A DNA stretch of 64,000 nucleotides. Origin: an uncultured Pseudomonadota bacterium. GTDB taxonomy: Bacteria; Pseudomonadota; Alphaproteobacteria; Rhizobiales; Beijerinckiaceae. The DNA is taken from positions 487-64,486 of the forward strand of contig CAWIEP010000046.1 of the NCBI GenBank assembly GCA_963835115.1, read 5' to 3'. Of this stretch, positions 23,647 through 34,091 are shown piece by piece. Position numbers and translations under genes: made by a program. The notes below the pieces were generated by a model. It was not told the DNA's origin. It saw only the letters and a program-made list of their open reading frames with translations, and made no database searches. The first letter of the stretch is position 1. Every line of letters starts with the position of its first letter.

Positions 23647-24117
23647 CTATTTCTTCACGCAGGCGACGACCGCTTTGGCGCCCGAACCTTCGCAGCTCGC
23701 CCCGGTCATGTCCGAAATATGCGCCGTGGCGTTGTCGCCGACGCAATAGGCGCTGATCATCGCCTCGCCATCTCCGCAAGCGGCTTTGCCCTCGCCAGAG
23801 ACGACCCGAATCGAGGCGCCGGAGGCGCCGGCAGTCCCGGCGAGACCAGCCGCCCCAGCAGGGCCGGCGGGACCGACCGGGCCGACGGGACCGGCGGGGC
23901 CGGAAGGCCCGGCGGGACCCGCTTCGCCCTTGGGGCCGGCGGGTCCGGCGGGTCCGGCGGGGCCTGCATCGCCCTTGGGTCCGGAGGGGCCTGCAGGGCC
24001 GGCGGCGCCTACAGCGCCCGCTGGTCCCGGTGGTCCTTTGTCGCCGGCGTCGCCCTTGGCGCAGGCCGAAATCGCCAGTACGGCGCAAAGCGCCGCAGAA
24101 GTCATGAACAGTCGCAA
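23647..24117 (-). CDS. Collagen-like lipoprotein with Cys-rich C-terminal domain
   Basis: Signal peptide with lipobox-like ISAC, 27 uninterrupted Gly-X-Y triplets, C-terminal domain with 4 Cys ([13 protein letters not shown]...ASC...VVAC). Confidence 0.85.
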   Translation of the reverse strand: MRLFMTSAALCAVLAISACAKGDAGDKGPPGPAGAVGAAGPAGPSGPKGDAGPAGPAGPAGPKGEAGPAGPSGPAGPVGPVGPAGPAGAAGLAGTAGASGASIRVVSGEGKAACGDGEAMISAYCVGDNATAHISDMTGASCEGSGAKAVVACVKK

Positions 24118-24207
24118 GTTTTCCCCCCTCGCCCCTCAACGCCATTACACAGTCAAACGGCGTGGACGCAGCATACGCAATTTTTCACAAGCGGGAAGAC
24201 GTTGCGC

Positions 24208-25152
24208 TCAATTTTGCGCCGCGCGCCGCAAGGCGCGCGGCGGTTGACCGACACCGCGCAAAAACGCGCGGCGCATCCGCTCGGGGTCGCCGAAGCCGAC
24301 TTCAGCCGCCACGCGCTCGATCGGCGCGGCGCTCGTCTCGATGAGACTGCGCGCGGCCTCCAGCCGCAGCCGCTCGATCGCCCTTGCCGGCGACACGCCG
24401 GTTTCGCGCAGGAAGGCGCGCGAGAAATGGCGCGGGCTCATCGCCGCCTTGGCGGCCAGGCGCTCAACGCCGAGCGGCTCGGCGAGCCGCTCCCGCGCCC
24501 AGCCAATCAGCCTCGAGAAGCGGCCGTCTCGCGTCTCGATCTCCAACAGGGTCGAGAATTGCGACTGGCCGCCCGGGCGCTGGCGATAGACGACCAGTTG
24601 TCGCGCCGTCTGGCGCGCGATGTCCTCGCCAAGGTCTTCGGCGATCATCGCCAGCGCCAGGTCAATGCCGGCGGTGATTCCGGCAGAGGTCCAGATCGGA
24701 CCGTCGCGGACATAGATGCGATCGGGATCGAGCCGAACCCTGGGATAGCGCCGCGCGAATTGCGCCCCGCGCCCCCAATGGGTCGTCGCCCGACGGCCGT
24801 CGAGCAATCCTGCTTCCGCCAGCAGAAACGCGCCCGAGCACACGCTCGCGACGCGGCGCGCCCGCACCGCCAGGTCGCGGATCAAATCCAGAAGCTCGGG
24901 ATCGTCAACCGCCGCGCGCGTGCCGTCGCCGCCGGCTACGATCAAGGTGTCGAGCGCCCCACAGGCCACGCAGTCGCCCGCCAGCAAGGCGGCGCCGGAG
25001 GAGCTTTCGACCGGTCCGGCGCGCTTGGCGACGATGTCGAGCCGATAGGCGCCTTCATGACAGCGCGTCGCGATCTCGAACGCCGCCACCGGCCCTGCGG
25101 CATCGAGGATCTGGAAGCCGGGAAACAGCAACACGCCGATAGCAGCCGTCAT
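24208..25152 (-). CDS. GlxA-family (DJ-1 + AraC HTH) transcriptional regulator
   Basis: [69 protein letters not shown]. Confidence 0.93.
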   Translation of the reverse strand: MTAAIGVLLFPGFQILDAAGPVAAFEIATRCHEGAYRLDIVAKRAGPVESSSGAALLAGDCVACGALDTLIVAGGDGTRAAVDDPELLDLIRDLAVRARRVASVCSGAFLLAEAGLLDGRRATTHWGRGAQFARRYPRVRLDPDRIYVRDGPIWTSAGITAGIDLALAMIAEDLGEDIARQTARQLVVYRQRPGGQSQFSTLLEIETRDGRFSRLIGWARERLAEPLGVERLAAKAAMSPRHFSRAFLRETGVSPARAIERLRLEAARSLIETSAAPIERVAAEVGFGDPERMRRAFLRGVGQPPRALRRAAQN

Positions 25153-25239
25153 CGGGTCGTCTCAAAACGAGGGAAACATGACATTTACGCCATAGACGAC
25201 ATAGGCGAAAACGAATCTTACCGCCAAGAGGAGACGCCC

Positions 25240-25932
25240 ATGAGCCCACCCTTCCGCATCGTCGAAGCCATCTATCCCGGCATGACGCAACTCGACTTCA
25301 CCGCCCCGCACACGGTGTTCTCGCGACTTCCCGACACAGAGGTGATCGTCGCCTCGGCCGAAGGCGGCGAAGTGCGCTCGGACGGCGGCCTCGTCTTCGC
25401 CGGCGTTCGACGGCTCTCCGAGATCGAACGCTGCGATCTCCTGTTCGCGCCGGGCGGTCGCAACGCCACCGTCGTCATTAACGACCGCGCCTACATGGAC
25501 GAATTCGAGCGGCTCGCCGCAGGGGCGCGCTATTTAACGTCGGTGTGCACGGGATCGCTGATTCTCGGCGCCGCCGGCCGCCTGGTCGGCCGCCGCGCGG
25601 CCACGCATTGGGCGTGGCGCGAGTTGCTGGCGCTGTTCGGCGCGATCCCCGATCCCGCCCGCGTCGTGCGCGACGGCGACATTTTTACGGGCGGCGGCGT
25701 GACGGCGGGGCTTGATTTCGCGCTGACGGTCGCCGCGGAGCTGGCCGGCGCCGAGTTCGCGCAGGGACTGCAACTGGCGCTGGAATATGCGCCCGCCCCG
25801 CCGTTCGACACGGGCAGGCCCGAGACCGCGCCCAAAGCCGTGCTGGAGGCGACGATGCGTGCGATGCAGACCGGAGCCGCCGAGCGCATGGCGCAGGCGC
25901 GGCAAGCGGCGGCGCGGCAGCGGGCCGCGTAA
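25240..25932 (+). CDS. DJ-1/PfpI family protein (isonitrile hydratase InhA-like)
   Basis: YPGMTQLDFTAP, LTSVCTGSLILGAAG, ATHWAW, TGGGVTAGLDFAL, QLALEYAPAPPF..G.PETAP; divergent from the GlxA regulator; GAGGAG RBS. Confidence 0.9.
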   Translation: MSPPFRIVEAIYPGMTQLDFTAPHTVFSRLPDTEVIVASAEGGEVRSDGGLVFAGVRRLSEIERCDLLFAPGGRNATVVINDRAYMDEFERLAAGARYLTSVCTGSLILGAAGRLVGRRAATHWAWRELLALFGAIPDPARVVRDGDIFTGGGVTAGLDFALTVAAELAGAEFAQGLQLALEYAPAPPFDTGRPETAPKAVLEATMRAMQTGAAERMAQARQAAARQRAA

Positions 25933-25935
25933 CGA

Positions 25936-26868
25936 CTACTGCGGCGTCGCGGCGGAGGCGCCGGTCAACTGCAACGGCGCGGCAGTGACGTGCGCGGGCG
26001 CGACCAACAGGGCCGCAATCTCGCGCTTGCCCCGCGCAGCGAGGAAACCGGCGGCGGCGCTGCGCTCGTTTTCCGTTGCAGCGGCCAGATCCTTGACCTG
26101 GAGATCGTGGATCCAGACATCCTTCGTCGACTTGGCGTTGACGCTGGCGATTGTCAGCCACATCAGGCCGCGCGCGCCCTGACGAGGAACGCCGTCGCCG
26201 CGAAACAGCAGATGGCCGAGCAGCGCCTGCGCGCCATGATGACCTTTTTCGGCCGCCAAACCCAACCATTTCGCAGCGCGCAGCTTATCCTTCTCCAGCC
26301 CGCCTTCGCCGTCGATGAACATGCGGGCGAGATAATATTCGGCGTCCGCGTCGCCAAAGCGGGTCGCCGAGATCTCGAACATCTCCACCGCCCGCTCGGG
26401 GTCGGGCTTGATCGCGCTGCCGGAAATGCCGTTGAGATTGTAGAGACCGACCTGCACGAAAGCGTTGGCGACGGCGGCAAGCGAACGCCGGTCGGTGTCA
26501 TCCTCGTCATAATTGTCGACGAGCTCCTCGAAATATTTGTAGGCGAGCACATCGTTGCGCGGCACAACCTCGCCGGCTGCGTAGATCGAGCCGAGCTTCC
26601 AGCGCGCCAGCGCCTCGCCGCCATCGGCGGCATAAGTGAGGGCCTGCACCGAGGATTGCGTGTCGCCCGCATTCAGATCGTCGACGCCGGCGCGCAACGC
26701 CTCACGCGCGCTCTTGTAGGTTCGCCCGGGTGAGATCTTCTGGCCGTTCGCCGTTGTCGTCCCGTCAAGCGCCACCGCCGGGCTGGCCAACAGGAAGACC
26801 GCAACGCCCAGGCAGGCGAGCCCTTTGCCCGCGGAAGACGTCTTTGCCGCATACGAACCCGCAAACAT
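25936..26868 (-). CDS. Sel1-repeat periplasmic protein, ExoR-like
   Basis: Signal peptide; ARWKLGSIYAAG, AFVQVGLY..NGI, FGDADAEYYLARM, WLGLAAEKGH..AQALLGHLLF, GLMWLT; adjacent to valS. Confidence 0.8.
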   Translation of the reverse strand: MFAGSYAAKTSSAGKGLACLGVAVFLLASPAVALDGTTTANGQKISPGRTYKSAREALRAGVDDLNAGDTQSSVQALTYAADGGEALARWKLGSIYAAGEVVPRNDVLAYKYFEELVDNYDEDDTDRRSLAAVANAFVQVGLYNLNGISGSAIKPDPERAVEMFEISATRFGDADAEYYLARMFIDGEGGLEKDKLRAAKWLGLAAEKGHHGAQALLGHLLFRGDGVPRQGARGLMWLTIASVNAKSTKDVWIHDLQVKDLAAATENERSAAAGFLAARGKREIAALLVAPAHVTAAPLQLTGASAATPQ

Positions 26869-27086
26869 GTCCTACGATCCGATCCTGTTCGCACGCTGGC
26901 GCAGCCGCCCCTCAGCCGATCGCCACGCGCGGGCCGCGCCGACTTCCGCCCTTGCGCCCGGCCTCAGTAAAACGCGGCGTTTATGGCGCAATCGCGGCGC
27001 GAAATCGGGCTAACTTTGAACCGGTGGAGTTGAGTCAGGATTGTTGCGCAAATGCCACGATTACGACGGCCTCTGCGCGATCCCGT

Positions 27087-29954
27087 TCAGAGATTTTCAA
27101 GTCTCGCGCGCGCGCTCTGCAATCTTTCGATACGCGCGACGGCGGCCTCGCGTCGTTCCCGATTCTCCTCGACGATTTCTTCCGGGGCGCGGGCCACGAA
27201 ATCCGGGTTCCCTAGTTTGGCGTCGACCTTGGCGACCTCGCCCTGTTCTTTGGCGATCTCGCGGTCGAGGCGGGCGCGCTCGGCGCCGAAATCGACGAGG
27301 CCGGCGAGCGGCAACGCCGCCTGCGCATCACGCACGAGCAGCGCCACGGCGCCGTGCGGCGGCTCGGCCACGACATCGACGCCTTCGATTCGCGCCAGCC
27401 GCTCCAAGGTCGGCCGCCAGCGGTGGAGATAGCCCTCGACGTCGGCGCTCGGCGTAACCAGCACCAGCCGCAGCGGCGCGCCGGGCGCGATCGCCATTTC
27501 CGAGCGCACCGACCGAATCGCCTCGATGAGTTCGATCACCCAGCCGATCTCGGCCTCGGCCGCCTGCGTCCCGGCCGGCGCGGCGACGTCGGGCCAAGCG
27601 CCAAGCGCCAGCGGGCCGGCGCGGGCGGGACCTTGGGCGCCCTTGATTGCCCACAGCTCCTCGGTAAGGAAGGGCATGAACGGATGCAGCATGGCGTAGG
27701 AGAGATCGAGCACATGCGCGATTGTCGCGCGCGTTTCGGCCTTGGCCGCCTCGCTCGCCTCGCCCTGCAATACGGGCTTTGCGAGCTCAAGGCACCAGTC
27801 GCACAGCACGCTCCAGACGAAACGATAGGCGGAGTTGGCGGCGTCGTTGAAGCGGTATTCCTCGATTCCCGCGGCGACCTCAGCCAGCGTCGCCGCGGCC
27901 TCAGCCAAAATCCAGCGGTTGAGCGGGTCCGCGGCCGTCTTCGGGTCGAAATTCTCAACCCGCGCGCAGCCGTTCATTTCGGCGAAGCGCGACGCGTTCC
28001 AGAGTTTGGTTGCAAAATTGCGGTAGCCTTCGACGCGCGGGATCGACAGTTTGATGTCGCGCCCCTGCGCCGCCATCGCCGCCAAAGTGAAGCGCAAGGC
28101 GTCGGCGCCGCACTGCTCGATGAGGGTCAGGGGATCGATGACGTTGCCCTTCGACTTCGACATTTTCGCGCCGCGCTCATCGCGGACGAGCGCGTGGATG
28201 TAGACGTCGCGAAACGGAATCTCTTTCTGGAAATGCAGACCCATCATCATCATGCGAGCGACCCAGAAGAAGATGATGTCGAAGCCGGTGACGAGGACGC
28301 TGGTCGGATAGAACCGTTCAAGCTCGGGCGTCTCCTGCGGCCAGCCGAGCGTCGAGAACGGCCACAAAGCCGAGGAGAACCAGGTGTCGAGCACGTCCTC
28401 GTCACGTGGAAACATTTCAGACAGTTTCTCAGGCTTGCTCGCGAGGGCTTCGGCCTCAGCGCCCGTCAGCGCGCCACGCTCGACACCGTCGGCGAGCGCC
28501 ACGGCAAAGGCGGTCTCCTCGTCTTCTTCGACATAGGTTCCGCCCCACGGCGAACTCCACGCCGGGATCTGATGGCCCCACCAGAGTTGGCGCGACACGC
28601 ACCAGGGCTGGATGTTTTCGAGCCAATCGAAGTAGGTCTTCTCCCAAGTCTTCGGCGTGAAGACGGTCTTGCCGTCGCGCACGGCGGCGAGCGCCGGCTG
28701 CGCCAAGGTTTTAGCGTCGACGTACCATTGATCCGTGAGCCAGGGCTCGATGACGGCGCCCGAACGGTCGCCGTGCGGAACCATGTGCGCGTGCGGCTCG
28801 ATCCGCGCGAGCCGCCCCTCGCGCGCCATCATGCCCACGACCTTCACGCGGGCTTCGAAACGGTCGAGGCCGTCGAGCGTGGCGACGAGCTGCGTCAGCT
28901 CATGATCGCCCGCCTCGACGCCTTCGAAGAAGGCGACGTTGTTCCTCAGCGCGACGCGCCCCTCGGCGTCGAGGACATTGATTGGCCGCACCCCTTCGGC
29001 CTCGTGGCGCCTGCCGACCTCGAAATCGTTGAAATCGTGGGCCGGCGTGATTTTGACCGCGCCCGTCCCCTTCTCGGGGTCCGAATAGTCGTCGGCGATT
29101 AGCGGGATGAGCCGGCCGACCAGCGGCAGCCGCAATTTCGAGCCGACCCAGCCGCGGTAACGCTCGTCTTCCGGATGAACAGCGACGGCGGTGTCGCCGA
29201 GCATCGTTTCGGGCCGCGTGGTGGCGACAGTGACGATCTGGGTCTCGTCGTCGAACGGGTAGTCGAAATGGTAGAGATGGCCGCCAGGATTCTTGGCCAA
29301 CGCTTTTGCCAGCGCGGCCTCATCGAACGCCTCGCCCGACTCACGCGACCACTTGAACGATCCCTTGCCTTCGATCTGCTGCACTTCGAGGTCGGAGATC
29401 GCGGTCTGGAATTTCGGATCCCAGTTGACGAGCCGCTTGTCGCGATAGATCAGCCCCTCGCGATGCAGTTGAACGAAAACTTTGGCCACCGCCCTGGACA
29501 GGCCCTCGTCCAAGGTGAACCGCTCTCGGCTCCAGTCGCACGAGGCGCCGAGGCGTTTGAGTTGGCCGACGATGGCCCCGCCGGACTCCGCCTTCCACGC
29601 CCACACCCGCTCCAAAAACTTTTCGCGGCCCATGGCTCGCCGGTCCGGCTCCTTACGCTCCATCAGCTGCCGCTCGACCACCATCTGCGTGGCGATGCCC
29701 GCGTGATCCGTGCCAGGCTGCCACAGCACGTCGCGGCCCTTCATGCGCCAGTAGCGACAGAGAATGTCCTGCAGCGTGTTGTTGAGCGCGTGGCCCATGT
29801 GCAGATTGCCGGTAACGTTTGGCGGCGGGATGACGATGCAAAACGGCTCGGCGGCGGCGCGTTCCGGCCGGCCGGCGCGGAAAGCGCCCGTCCGCTCCCA
29901 CATCTCGGCCGTCCGGCGCTCCACGGAAGCAAAGTCGAAGTTCTTGTCCATCAT
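27087..29954 (-). CDS. valS: Valine--tRNA ligase
   Basis: PPPNVTGNLHMGH, KMSKS, WCVSRQLWWGH, DVLDTWFSS, C-terminal coiled coil; intact 955 aa. Confidence 0.98.
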   Translation of the reverse strand: MMDKNFDFASVERRTAEMWERTGAFRAGRPERAAAEPFCIVIPPPNVTGNLHMGHALNNTLQDILCRYWRMKGRDVLWQPGTDHAGIATQMVVERQLMERKEPDRRAMGREKFLERVWAWKAESGGAIVGQLKRLGASCDWSRERFTLDEGLSRAVAKVFVQLHREGLIYRDKRLVNWDPKFQTAISDLEVQQIEGKGSFKWSRESGEAFDEAALAKALAKNPGGHLYHFDYPFDDETQIVTVATTRPETMLGDTAVAVHPEDERYRGWVGSKLRLPLVGRLIPLIADDYSDPEKGTGAVKITPAHDFNDFEVGRRHEAEGVRPINVLDAEGRVALRNNVAFFEGVEAGDHELTQLVATLDGLDRFEARVKVVGMMAREGRLARIEPHAHMVPHGDRSGAVIEPWLTDQWYVDAKTLAQPALAAVRDGKTVFTPKTWEKTYFDWLENIQPWCVSRQLWWGHQIPAWSSPWGGTYVEEDEETAFAVALADGVERGALTGAEAEALASKPEKLSEMFPRDEDVLDTWFSSALWPFSTLGWPQETPELERFYPTSVLVTGFDIIFFWVARMMMMGLHFQKEIPFRDVYIHALVRDERGAKMSKSKGNVIDPLTLIEQCGADALRFTLAAMAAQGRDIKLSIPRVEGYRNFATKLWNASRFAEMNGCARVENFDPKTAADPLNRWILAEAAATLAEVAAGIEEYRFNDAANSAYRFVWSVLCDWCLELAKPVLQGEASEAAKAETRATIAHVLDLSYAMLHPFMPFLTEELWAIKGAQGPARAGPLALGAWPDVAAPAGTQAAEAEIGWVIELIEAIRSVRSEMAIAPGAPLRLVLVTPSADVEGYLHRWRPTLERLARIEGVDVVAEPPHGAVALLVRDAQAALPLAGLVDFGAERARLDREIAKEQGEVAKVDAKLGNPDFVARAPEEIVEENRERREAAVARIERLQSARARLENL

Positions 29955-30286
29955 GCCGGGGCGCTCGTTTCAAAGGTCGGGGCATAACGACAAGGCGGGC
30001 GAAAAAGTCAACGCGACGCGGCCCTGCGCGCTCGCACGACACGTTTGCGCCGGGATCGCGAGTCAATTTCGCTTTTGAAAAAAACCTGAGCGGGCGGCGA
30101 ACATACCCCGCGGGCCAGGATGATCGCAGGACGGACTTATGATCAACCGGCGCGCCTTAACGCCCGAGCGCCGAACAACATGAGATTTGCGCAAGGCCGG
30201 TGCGGATCCCGGACCCGCGCGTCACGTTGCCTTTCCCGCTTCGGCGCGCGAAGAAAAGCCGACAGGGTTTGCGGGAGGACATTGAA

Positions 30287-32192
30287 ATGAGCCGCTACGC
30301 TTCCGTCTACGCGCAATGGCGCGAGAACCCGGAAGCCTTTTGGGCCGAGGCCGCCAAAGCCGTCGATTGGATCAAGCCGCCCCGGCGCATTTTCGACGCT
30401 GAAGCCGGCGTCTACGGCCGCTGGTTTCCCGACGCCACTTGCAACGCCTGCGCCAACGCGCTCGACCGCCATGTCGCGGCGGGGCGTGGCGATCAGGCCG
30501 CCCTTTACTACGACAGCCCCGTCACCGGCGCGAAGCGCCGGATTACCTACGGTGAGCTCCTAGGCGAGGTGGAGACGCTCGCCGCCGTCATCGCCGATTT
30601 CGGCGTCGCCTCCGGCGACCGCGTCGTCATCTACATGCCGATGATTCCCGAAGCGATCGCCGGTATGCTGGCCTGCGCGCGCATCGGCGCCGTGCATTCG
30701 GTAGTGTTCGGCGGCTTCGCCGCCAAGGAACTCGCCACCCGCATCGAGGACGCCGAGCCAAAACTGATCCTGACAGCCTCTTGCGGCGTCGAGCCCGGCC
30801 GGGTCGTGGCTTATAAGCCGCTGCTCGACACCGCGATGGACCTGTCGCGCCACAAGCCCCCCGCGGTGTTGCTGCTCCAGCGGCCGCAGGCCGCAGCGAC
30901 GATGATCGCCGGGCGCGACCGCGATTGGGCGCAGACAATGGCGAAGGCCAAGGCCGAAGGCAAAAGGGCGGCCCCCGCCGAAATGAAGGCGACCGATCCG
31001 CTCTATATCCTCTACACTTCCGGCACGACCGGCATCCCGAAAGGCGTGGTGCGCGACACCGGCGGTTATCTCGTCGCGCTCGCGTGGTCGATGGCGAACA
31101 TCTACGACGTCAAGCCCGGCGAGACATTCTGGACTGCGTCCGACATCGGCTGGGTCGTCGGCCATTCCTACATCGTCTATGCGCCGCTGATGCATGGCTG
31201 CGCCTCCGTGCTTTACGAGGGCAAACCGGTCGGGACCCCGGACGCCGGCGCGTTTTGGCGGGTAATCTCCGAATACGGGGTCTCCGCCTTCTTCACCGCC
31301 CCCACCGCGCTGCGCGCCGTACGCAAAGAAGACCCAGTGGCCAAGCTGCTGCCGCGCTACGACATTTCCAGCCTTCGCACCTTGTTTTTGGCTGGCGAGC
31401 GGGCCGATCCCGACACGGTGGCCTGGGCCGAGACAGGTCGTTGGCCGTCCGATCGTCGACCACTGGTGGCAGACGGAGACCGGCTGGGCGATCGCCGCCA
31501 ATCCCGTGGGGCTTGGGCTGATGCCGATCAAGCGCGGCTCGCCGACGGTCGCCATGCCCGGCTATCAAGTCGACATTGTCGACGAGGCCTGCCGCCCCGT
31601 CGCCGACGGCGTGATGGGGTCCATCGTCATTAAACTGCCGCTGCCTCCCGGCTGCCTGCCGACCCTCTACGGCAATGACCAGCGGATGCGCGAGAGCTAC
31701 CTCTCGGAATTCCCCGGCTATTACAAAACCTCCGACGCAGGCGTGAAGGATTCCGACGGCTATCTGACAATTCTCGGCCGCACTGACGACATCATCAATG
31801 TCGCGGGGCATCGTCTGTCGACCGGCGGCATGGAGGAGGTGGTGGCGAGCCACCCCGACGTCGCGGAATGCGCCGTGCTCGGGATCAAGGACGCCATCAA
31901 GGGCGAGCAGCCATGCGGGTTCCTGGTTTTGAAGGCGGGCGTCAACCGGCCACACGCAGAGATCGAAAGGGAGGTTGTCGCGCTGGTGCGCGATAGAATC
32001 GGCCCGGTGGCGGCTTTCAAGCTGGCCATCGTGGTCGCGCGCCTGCCGAAAACGCGCTCGGGCAAGATCTTGCGCGGCACCATAAAGAAGATCGCCGATC
32101 AGGAACCGTGGTCGACGCCGGCCACCATCGAGGACCCGGCGACGCTGGAGGAGGTGTCGGCGGCGATCCGAACTCGGGGCATAGGGGCGTAA
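30287..32192 (+). CDS. prpE: Propionyl-CoA synthetase (acetate-CoA ligase family), one frameshift at about 31440
   Basis: YILYTSGTTGIPKG, SDIGWVVGHSYIVY, DHWWQTETGW, GRTDDIINVAGHRLSTG, LPKTRSGKILR. Confidence 0.88.
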
Positions 32193-32259
32193 GGCAAAGC
32201 GCGCGGGGCGTTGACCGGTCAATATCGACTGTCAGTCTTCCTTTGCGGTTGCAGATATC

Positions 32260-32277
32260 TGTCAGCCACGATTGACA
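32260..32277. promoter_or_regulatory. PpsR/CrtJ-type operator TGT-N12-ACA overlapping a TTGACA -35 box
   Basis: TGTCAGCCACGATTGACA = TGTCA-N8-TGACA; second degenerate site TGTCAGTCTTCCTTTGCG at 32230-32247; lies upstream of the hydrolase-bchG pair. Confidence 0.8.
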
Positions 32278-32425
32278 CTTTTCGCGACAGACGCCAATCT
32301 ATCCGATGGCGCCGGCGTATGTCCGTTCGGCGCGGCCAGACCGGGCTTTTGATGTGTTCTTCGGCTCGCCGTCCCTTAGCCGACAGCGGCGGGCTGTTCG
32401 GCTTTGAACGCCAAGGCGCGGCGCT

Positions 32426-34080
32426 ATGAGCTCCAGGGAAGTTGACGGTGCGCAGTGGATCGAGCCGACGGTTGCTCGCACCACATTGACAAGCGCTCCG
32501 CGGCGCGGGCCGCAATCCTCGCGCGCGCGGCGCGCCATCTTCCATCTCACGCCGCTCAACGCCGTGATCGCTATCTTCGCGGCGCTTGCGATCCTGACGG
32601 CGCTGCTTGAATTGCACGGCCAATATCGCGGCGTGCGAATTGTTCAGACGGACGTCGATGGCGCGCCGGCGACGATCTATCGTCCCAGAGTCCGGGGCCG
32701 CCGCGCCGGTCGTCGTGATCGCGCACGGCTTCGCGGGATTCCGGGCGGCTCATGCAGTCCTATCGCCCTTACTCTGGCGCGCAACGGCTATATCGCCGAC
32801 GACCTTCGATTTTCCCGGCCACGGCCGCAACGTCCGGCCGCTGACCGGCGACCTTGCAAATGTCGAAGGCGCGACGCGCGTTCTCGTCAACAGCCTCGCC
32901 GCCGTCGTCGCCGCCGTTCGCGGCCTCGGCGACGGGCGGATCGCGGTGCTCGGCCATTCCATGGCGTCCGACATCGTCGTGCGCTTCGCCGAGGAGCATC
33001 CCGAAGTCGCCGCGACCATCGCCGTCTCGATGTTCTCGCCCGCGGTCACCCGAACGGCGCCGCGCAATCTGCTGGTGATCGACGGCGAGTGGGAAGGGTT
33101 TTTGAAGGCCGAGGGCTTGCGCGCGGTCGGCCTCGCGACCGCTCCCGGCGCGGCGGCGCCCGGCGTCACTTATGGCGATCCCGCCGCGGGACCGGCCGGC
33201 GCGTCGCGTTCAGCCGTCACGTCGAACATGCGAGCGTGCTGTTCAGTCAGGACAGCGAGCGCGAGACGGTCGAATGGCTGGACGCCGTTTTCGGCGTCAA
33301 GCGATCCGCGCCGCATCCAGCTCGATGCGCGCGGTCCCTGGATCCTCCTCCTGCTGGCCGGAGCGGTCGCGCTTGCGCGCCCGCTGGCGCAAGCCCTGCC
33401 GGCGGTCGCGCGCCGAGCCGCTCGGCGCGGGGCTTTCGTTGGCGGCGGCTTTGGGCGCCCGCTGCTCATCCCGATGATCGCGACGCCGGCCCTTGTCCTG
33501 CGCTTCGTTCCCACGCATTTCCTGCCGGTGCTGGTCGGCGACTATCTCTCCGTCCATTTCGCCGTCTATGGGCTTGATCACCGCGGCGACGCTATGGCTC
33601 GCGATGAGCGGCAGAACGCGTTCGCCGCGGGCTGAGCGCCCGGCGCGGCTGGCTGCTCGCGGCGTTCGCGGTCACCGCCTTCGGCTTCGTCGCGCTCGTC
33701 GCGCCGATCAACGCCTACGTGACTTCGTTCATGCCGGGTCCGGAGCGGTTGTCGATCCTGGCGGCGCTGCTCGTCGGCGCGTTGCCGTATTTTCTCGCCG
33801 ACGAATGGTTGACGCGCGGGCCGGGCGCGGCGCGCTTCGCTTATCCCGCGACCAAACTGGCGTTTCTGGTCTCGCTCGGCGTCGCCGTCGCGCTCGATTT
33901 CTATCGCCTGTTCTTCCTGATCCTGATCGTGCCGATCGTCGGCGCTGTTCTTCGTCATCCACGGCCTGTTCAGCGGCTGGACCTACTGCCAAGGTCCGCC
34001 ACCCGTTCGCCGCGGCGGTCGCGAACGCGATCGCCTTCGCCTGGGCGATCGCCGTCACCTTTCCACTCGTGGCGGGATAG
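32426..34080 (+). CDS. Alpha/beta-fold hydrolase with N-terminal anchor and multi-TM C-terminal domain, frameshifted; start uncertain
   Basis: VVVIAHGFAG, FDFPGHGRN, nucleophile elbow VLGHSMAS, VEHASVLFS, then hydrophobic helices ending AWAIAVTFPLVAG*. Confidence 0.8.
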
Positions 34081-34091
34081 GAAGCGCCGAC

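Noticed and set aside
23786-24247. Plus-strand PAG/GPA-repeat ORF as a second collagen
   Set aside because: Mirror of GGN-CCN-GCN codons on the opposite strand; no signal peptide or RBS
23446-25239. 828-aa ORF upstream extension of the DJ-1 gene
   Set aside because: Antisense shadow of the collagen and GlxA genes in high-GC DNA; the real start with RBS is at 25240
24208-25932. GlxA regulator + DJ-1 pair as a novel system
   Set aside because: A well-known, widespread InhR/InhA-type divergent arrangement
32211-32222. TTGACCGGTCAA as an FNR/FixK box
   Set aside because: 12 bp rather than the 14-bp TTGAT-N4-ATCAA spacing; kept only as an unexplained palindrome
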